Assembly: GCA_043228905.1 (NCBI GenBank)
Contig: JBHGNT010000015.1
Coordinates: 10,416,001 to 10,480,000, forward strand
Origin: Azolla caroliniana
Taxonomy: Eukaryota > Plantae > Polypodiophyta
Length of the DNA stretch: 64,000 bases
Direction of reading: 5' to 3'
Below are positions 57,981 to 64,000 of the stretch, piece by piece (position 1 is the stretch's first letter; every line of letters begins with the position of its first letter). The translations under genes were made by a program, and so were the position numbers. The notes under the pieces are model-generated. The model did no database searches and was not told the origin of the DNA. It saw nothing but the letters and a program-made list of their open reading frames with translations.

Positions 57981-59792
57981 TCTTGGTTCTCGCCACCGAG
58001 GGACTCGCGGTTTCGCTCGTGATTCGGTCGCACCGTCAGGAACTGGACCGAATAACGCCCGTCCTGACTCTTGACCCTCGCGTAAGCCGACCCGTTGTCC
58101 AGCACCTTGGTCTCCATCCGTGCTGCTGTAATGTACAGTTCTCCCAGTATGACCGGGTGAGAGGACATCTCCTGCACAAAGAAGTGCTGATCTATCTCGA
58201 CGTCGCCGATCTTGACTCGCACGTTTGGGCAGGCCCCGTGTAGTTCCTCGATGGCACGCGTCGTTGCCCATATCTTCCACCCGTGCTTGGTGTTGATCGG
58301 CCATTTCCCCTTTTTGTAGAAGTCCATGGACATCAGGTTTATTTCCGAACCGTGGTCCACCAGTGCCACCACCAGTTCCTGAACATCTCCGATCTTCACC
58401 GGGGTTTCCGTGGTCACTCGGGCCCAGTGTGGCCTCGAATAGTGGCTCTCCACCCACTCGTCTTCCAGCGCCATGTCCTCTATGTGCACCGTCCGCACCT
58501 CCACCGGCCTTTCCGGTTCTGCCTCCGTCAACAGCCTCTTCCTCTTCACCAAGTCTACGATGGAGTCCTGGAACTCCTTCTTGGCGATTCCGAGCACCTC
58601 CCGCAACGACAGTTCCACTTTGCTGTCGAGGATTCGTTCTTCCCGGACCTTTCGTAGGTCCATGGTCCTTTCAATCTCCGTGCCCAAACGGTATCCGCCC
58701 TTCTTGTGGTTATCCCGGGCACTCGACTCACCGACCTCGTTCCGTTTCAGCCCGAATCGGGTTTCGTATCTCTGTGAGGGTCCGGCCCCTCCGGTTTTAC
58801 CTACCCGTTTGTCTTCAACCAGAGCCTCGTAGTTCTGGCAAGCTGCTTCGACGAAACCCGTTTTTTCTTCGACCGGGTCACTCCACCCGGTTACCTCCTG
58901 GACCCGCTTCTCTGCGCGGTCCGCCTCGTCTTTCTTTAGTCGGGCACCGGCGAGGCCTTCCAGCACCGTCGGCCGGAACCCGGCTTTGCTCTCCTTCCGG
59001 GCCTCGCTGCCTCCGACCCGAATGCCGGCTGACGCTGAGTAGTGGACGGTCTTCGCGTGTCGGGCCGCCGCCTCTTCCATCAGCCTTTTCATTCCTCCTC
59101 GCCCATCGTTTCGGTTCAGGGCCCTCTGGGTATCGCTGGCGTGCACCCGACCTTCCCACAGGTACACTACCCGTCGTTTCGGTTCAGGGCCCTTCGGGTA
59201 TCGCTGGCGTCCCGCAGACTCTCTTTACCGCGGCCCAGTCGGCCGTCAGCCCGTCTTCGGTTTCCAGTAAGGAGCCAACTTGCTCCCGATCCCGTGCATC
59301 AACCGATTTGACAAACAGTAGGACACGACTTGTGTCCAGAACGGTCCGATCGAGTGCCGAAAGGTGCGCAAAGCGTTCCTCAAACTCCCGGAGGAGTACC
59401 GACGCATTTCTTCCTTTGTTGGGGGGCTCCACCCACTCCATGAAGCCCCGCTTCGAAAGTCGAAGCGCATCATCCAGCCCATATTTCTCCAGGAGCCGTC
59501 CTTTAAACTCCTCCCAGGTCCGGCTCTCCGCCCGGACCTCGAGCACCTCCGCATGGATGCCCGGCATCACCACTCGAGGGAATCCGACAAGACGCCTCTC
59601 TTCCGGAATATCCCTCATCAACATCTCCGCTCGATAGGACGCCAAATAACTCGTGGCATCCTTTCCACTGAACCAGCCAATCATACCGACGATCGCCTCA
59701 ATAGCCCTGTCAAGGGCGTCGGTGCCCTCGCGCGCGCTCACTATCCGGTCCACGGCCGAAGCCATGGCCTCTACAAGATCCGAACCCCTCAT
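57971..59792 (-). pseudogene. gag-protease ORF1, interrupted near 59170-59210
   Basis: ORFs 59184-59792 and 57971-59167. Protease ALVDHGSEINLM. A duplicated ~35-bp segment at 59108 and 59176 marks the break. Confidence 0.8.
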
Positions 59793-62700
59793 CTTCTGCT
59801 CCTCTGCCGCCTTGTTTCACGTCGGGTTCACCAAAGATGTCACGTTACTACGCGCGTGCGTGGAGAAACGAGGCGGGACCACCAGGGTCTTGAACCGAAG
59901 AGCAGGTGATAGGAGGGGAAAGAGAAAGAGAGAGACGACCGGTTACGTATGAGCAAGAAACACAGGGACACGGCCCTTCAACGCAAGAAACACGAATGGA
60001 CACAAAGACAGAGAGACACAAAAGTTTCTATATTAACAAATAACCAATACACAACAGAGCACGCGAGCGGTTACAACCGAACAGGCCGGCGAACAGATGT
60101 CGATGCCTGTTCGTCTACGTACGAAAGGGGATAGGATGGAGGTGCTGCCGGAAGCACACGGGCGTTCCTCGAAGCAGCGCGAGCCTCCCGAAAACCTGCA
60201 GGGAAGAGCAATAGAGAACAAACAGAGGAGAAGCGTTCGGTTACGGTCCGACAGCACTTCGTCCTCCTCAAATGTGTGATGCCTTCTCCCTGCGTCTCCC
60301 TCTCCTTTATAGCGTCAAGAAGGGAGCCGTCTCCCTCATTTACATCCTACCTACCGAATCTAACTACCCAGGATATACCTACATACTTAATCCCTATTAT
60401 ATACATTAAGGGCGCGCACGCGTGAAGAGCCAGTTCACGCGCTCTATGCACCGATTGCGCTAAGGGATGGTTTTCTTCACGACAGCGTTGTATCCATGCT
60501 TCAACACTCCGGACTGTCGGATGGCTTCTGGGCAGAGGCTCTACTCACGGCAGTACACATAATCAATATGTCGCCAAGTAGACCTCTAAGACTTAAGATA
60601 CCTCAGGAAATATGGACCGGTAGAAAGCCGAATTATGATAAGCTGAGGATTTTCGGTTGCGAGGCATACGCCCTCATACCGAAAGACAACCGCCGAAAAC
60701 TCGAACCGAGATCAAGGAAATGCGTTTTCCTCGGGTATGGACCCGACGGCGAGATCGGATACTGACTCTAGGACCCCGAGCACAGGCAAATCGTTCGAAG
60801 TTCGGACGTCATGTTCAACGAGTCGACTATGCACAAAACGGCTGAAAGGCCTATTGAAGTCCGAAGGGTAATATTTTTCGAAGTGCCAACCCTTCATGAT
60901 GGCCCAGCACACAACACAAGACCGGTTTCACGGGTAACCGACTTCTCTCGCACCAAATCCACAGATTCGGCACAGCCGAATGGCTCGGCTTCCAACCATC
61001 CGACATTGACACCCAATGCGACCAGTCCAGTCATACCTCGAAGATCCAAGAGACTGTCGCAACCTCTGTAGAGGTACTCTCCCGGAATTTTCTTCACCGA
61101 CGCCGGCGAACCGACGTCCTACGAAGAAGCATCGGCAGCTGCCAATTCATCCACTTGGCATCTGGCAATGGAGTCGGAAATGCACTCCATCCGCACCAAC
61201 AAGACTTGGGATCTGGTCGACTTACCGAAGAATCGATGTGCTCTTCCTTGCAAGTGGGTCTATAGACTAAAGGAGACGTCCGACTCGACCACCCCAAAGT
61301 ACAAGGCCAGATTAGTTGCGAAGGGATTTCGACAGGAATATGGCGTCGACTTTGACGAAATCTTTTCACCAGTGGTGAAAATGACAACCCTTCGTTTCAT
61401 GCTCGGTGTTGTGGCTGCCGACAATTTGGAGTTGATTCAGCTAGATGTGAAAACGACATTCCTCCACGGTGATCTAAAGGAGGAAATCTACATGGAGCAG
61501 CCGAAAGGCTTTGTGGCCACTGGTAAGGAACATCTAGTCTGCCGACTCAGGAAGAGTCTTTACGGCCTGAAACAGGCACCCCGATAGTGGTACAAGAAGT
61601 TCAACGATTTCATCCAGTCGATCGGCTTCTCCAAGAGCGATGAGGAGCACTGCCTCTTCACCAAAACAGCTCAAGACGGTTCTCCCGTCTTCCTCATCAT
61701 CTACGTGGATGACATGCTACTCTCCGGTCGGCATACCGGAGAGCTCACCGAACTCGTTCGGAAACTACGATTGAAGTTTGCCATGAAGGACCTCGGTCCG
61801 GCAAGACACATACTCGGAATGAAGATTAGTCGGAATCGCGCCAAAAGACAGCTTTTTCTATCTCAAACCGACTACATCGGACGTGTCTTGGAATGCTTCA
61901 ACATGCAATCGGCCAAGTCTGCTTCGACCCCGCTCCCCGTTCATCTTCGGCTTTCTCAGCGAGACTGCTCGACATCCGGTCCGGAGGGGGAAGACATGAA
62001 GTCAGTACCGTATGCACCGGCGGTAGGCTCTTTGATGTACGCGATGGTCGCGACACGGCCTGATATTTCTCATGCCGTAGGAGTCATCACAATCCCGGCC
62101 GATCGCACTGGAACGCAGTCAAGCATGTGTTCAGATATTTAGCTGGCACAAAAGACCACGGTATCCTTTTCGGTCCGAACTCAACTTCAGGCGTAGCCAG
62201 TTACACAGACTCAAACTTCGCCGGCTGCGTGGACGGTCGCAAGTCAACAACCGGATATTGCTTTAAATTCGGCAATGGAGCAATCTCGTGGAAGTCGAAA
62301 CTTCAGGAGTGCACAGCCACCTCAACGACCGAAGCAGAATATGTAGCTGCCTCCGACGCAGCGAAAGAAGCTTTATGGCTCGGTCGGCTGGCGCACACGT
62401 TTCAGCAAGTCGACTCCAACTTGGCTCCAGTTGTCTACAGCAACAGTCAGAGTGTTGTTGCTTTGTCGAAAAATCCGGTTCATCACAACGCCTCCAAGCA
62501 TATCGAAGTTTGATATCACTTCGTTTGAGACTGCGTCATTTCTGGGAAAATTGGTTTAGAGAAGATATCCAAAACCGACAATGTCGCAGATGGAATGACC
62601 AAGTGTCTTTCGGCAGACCGGTTCCGGTCTCTTTGGCAACAGATGGGCGTAACAACATATTGGTCTGGTTGAAACCGGACACAGTGCAGGATGGTTTCGG

Positions 62701-64000
62701 ACAACAGACATCGGTTCACTGACGATCGGCTTCAGCTTTTCCGACCCGACCAGTTCGATCTTCTGTCTACGGATCAGGCCAATTCGAACAAACCTGACCT
62801 GTCCGAGAACCTATGTCTATACCTGTATTTTTAGATAACCCATGTATACGCCCATTACGGGGGAGTGTCGAATACAAATGTATAATGGACGTATTCACAC
62901 TATTCTCTTAGAGAGCCCAAGTTCGGGCTATTTCTGTAAATAACATAAAGGGCAGTTGCCCTATGTGAATCACTATATAAAGTGACTTTGTAACCTTTTG
63001 TAAAGGTTGGTTGTTCATTGTTGTAATTGTTGCCCTTTTATGAATATAGATATATGCTTTGTGCCTCTCTCTCTCTCTCTCCCTGCACGTATTTTGTTCT
63101 TGCTTCTCTCATACGCAGGTACTTCTTCCTCACAGATTCATACTGTGTGATCTCTTCCGCACTGACGGCTTTGTTCATTCCCTACAACGGTTGCCAATAT
63201 GTGAGACTGAGAAGGTTCGGTGTTTGCACTACAATGGCTTGACCTTGACTTCAAGGAACTCAAATGTGGGTTGCTACAAAAAAATTGGTTGCATTTTTCC
63301 ATCATCCCCGTATGCACCATAATTTCAATTTACATATGGATTCAGCATCTCTAGGTTTTTGGTGTTGGATGTACGACATTTTTGGTCACCGAAATCAACA
63401 TCACATAGCTTGTGATCTTAGAAACATTTTGTGGATGGAAATTTGTGTAATTTAAAGTTTTAAGCATATGCTCAAAACATGTTTTTGGTGTTTTCATCAT
63501 GCTTGAAATTTTTGGTGGATAAAATTTTGATGTTCGAAATGACACCTTGTTGAAATACATTGGGAAGACAAAGATTTGAGAGAGCTTTAAATTTTATGGT
63601 GGAAGTTCTATATATTTCAAAGTCAGAGATTTTGATGTCAAAAAAAAAAATTGCACTTAGAAGAGTTTTGAAGTTTTTGATTGCAGGATTTGAGTCAGGC
63701 TCCTGTCCTTCATCGGTTGGGTGCCTGCTCCTAGTGATAGAGGCTGTCATAGTTAGGCTCTTGGTCAACTTTTTTGATGGCGTACTTTTTTTGGCTAAAG
63801 ATCGGATGGTGCACCGTTTATGGCCGTGATTCCCTCGTCAAGCCTCGTTATGATTTGGGTGCAAATAGACACGAGGGAGGGGAAGAGTGTGTCTATGTGT
63901 TAACGAAGTATGGTATGTAAATGAAGGATAACGAGGAGGAGGGCTTTTGTCTTTGTATTTTTTCACTTTTTCTTTCATATTGGTTACTTTTTAAGTGTAT

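Larger units (their letters stand above)
53755..60484 (-). mobile_element. Ty3/gypsy element, tRNA-Trp primed, nested in the copia integrase
   Basis: LTRs 53755-54400 and 59838-60484 (TGTCAC..GACA). 4-bp TSD GTGT/GCGT. PBS TGGTGAACCCGACGTGAA at 59816-59833. PPT adjacent to 54400. Confidence 0.93.
50939..63186 (+). mobile_element. Decayed sister copia element with a nested Gypsy
   Basis: LTRs 50939-51263 and 62866-63186. TSD ACGGT. PBS at 51266-51277. The polyprotein (51970-53754, 60485-62672) is homologous to 45725-49756 but has stops and deletions. Confidence 0.95.

Noticed and set aside
56527-59909. + strand ORFs 57250-58074 and 58363-59637
   Set aside because: Antisense shadows of the nested Gypsy coding region.
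63192-64000. Short ORFs 63472-63768 and 63560-63829
   Set aside because: AT-rich with no recognisable domain, so a call cannot be supported.

Overview
This window is eukaryotic plant DNA, most plausibly from a non-seed land plant (inferred from the TE families). It is almost entirely nested transposable elements, with no clear host gene. Left to right: LTR and Gypsy fragments; several degenerate copies of one Ty1/copia family; a ~480-bp tandem repeat built around a tRNA-Gln(TTG) gene; Gypsy, Copia and LINE remnants; a 12.2-kb Sola2-type DNA transposon (17757-29966); a copia copy lacking RT/RNase H; a very young non-chromovirus Gypsy with a ~1030-codon extra ORF; an intact Tnt1-like copia; and a decayed sister copia carrying a nested tRNA-Trp-primed Gypsy with a probable -1 frameshift signal. 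The most unusual object is the Sola2 element. It has 25-bp TIRs and a TACA TSD, and encodes a spliced transposase plus a convergent multi-exon cargo gene (RING-H2 and an FCP1/SCP-like pseudo-phosphatase). In both genes the largest intron is filled with arrays of the palindrome TAGCTAATTAGCTA, which also sits just inside both TIRs. All coordinates were read by eye and no database searches were run.
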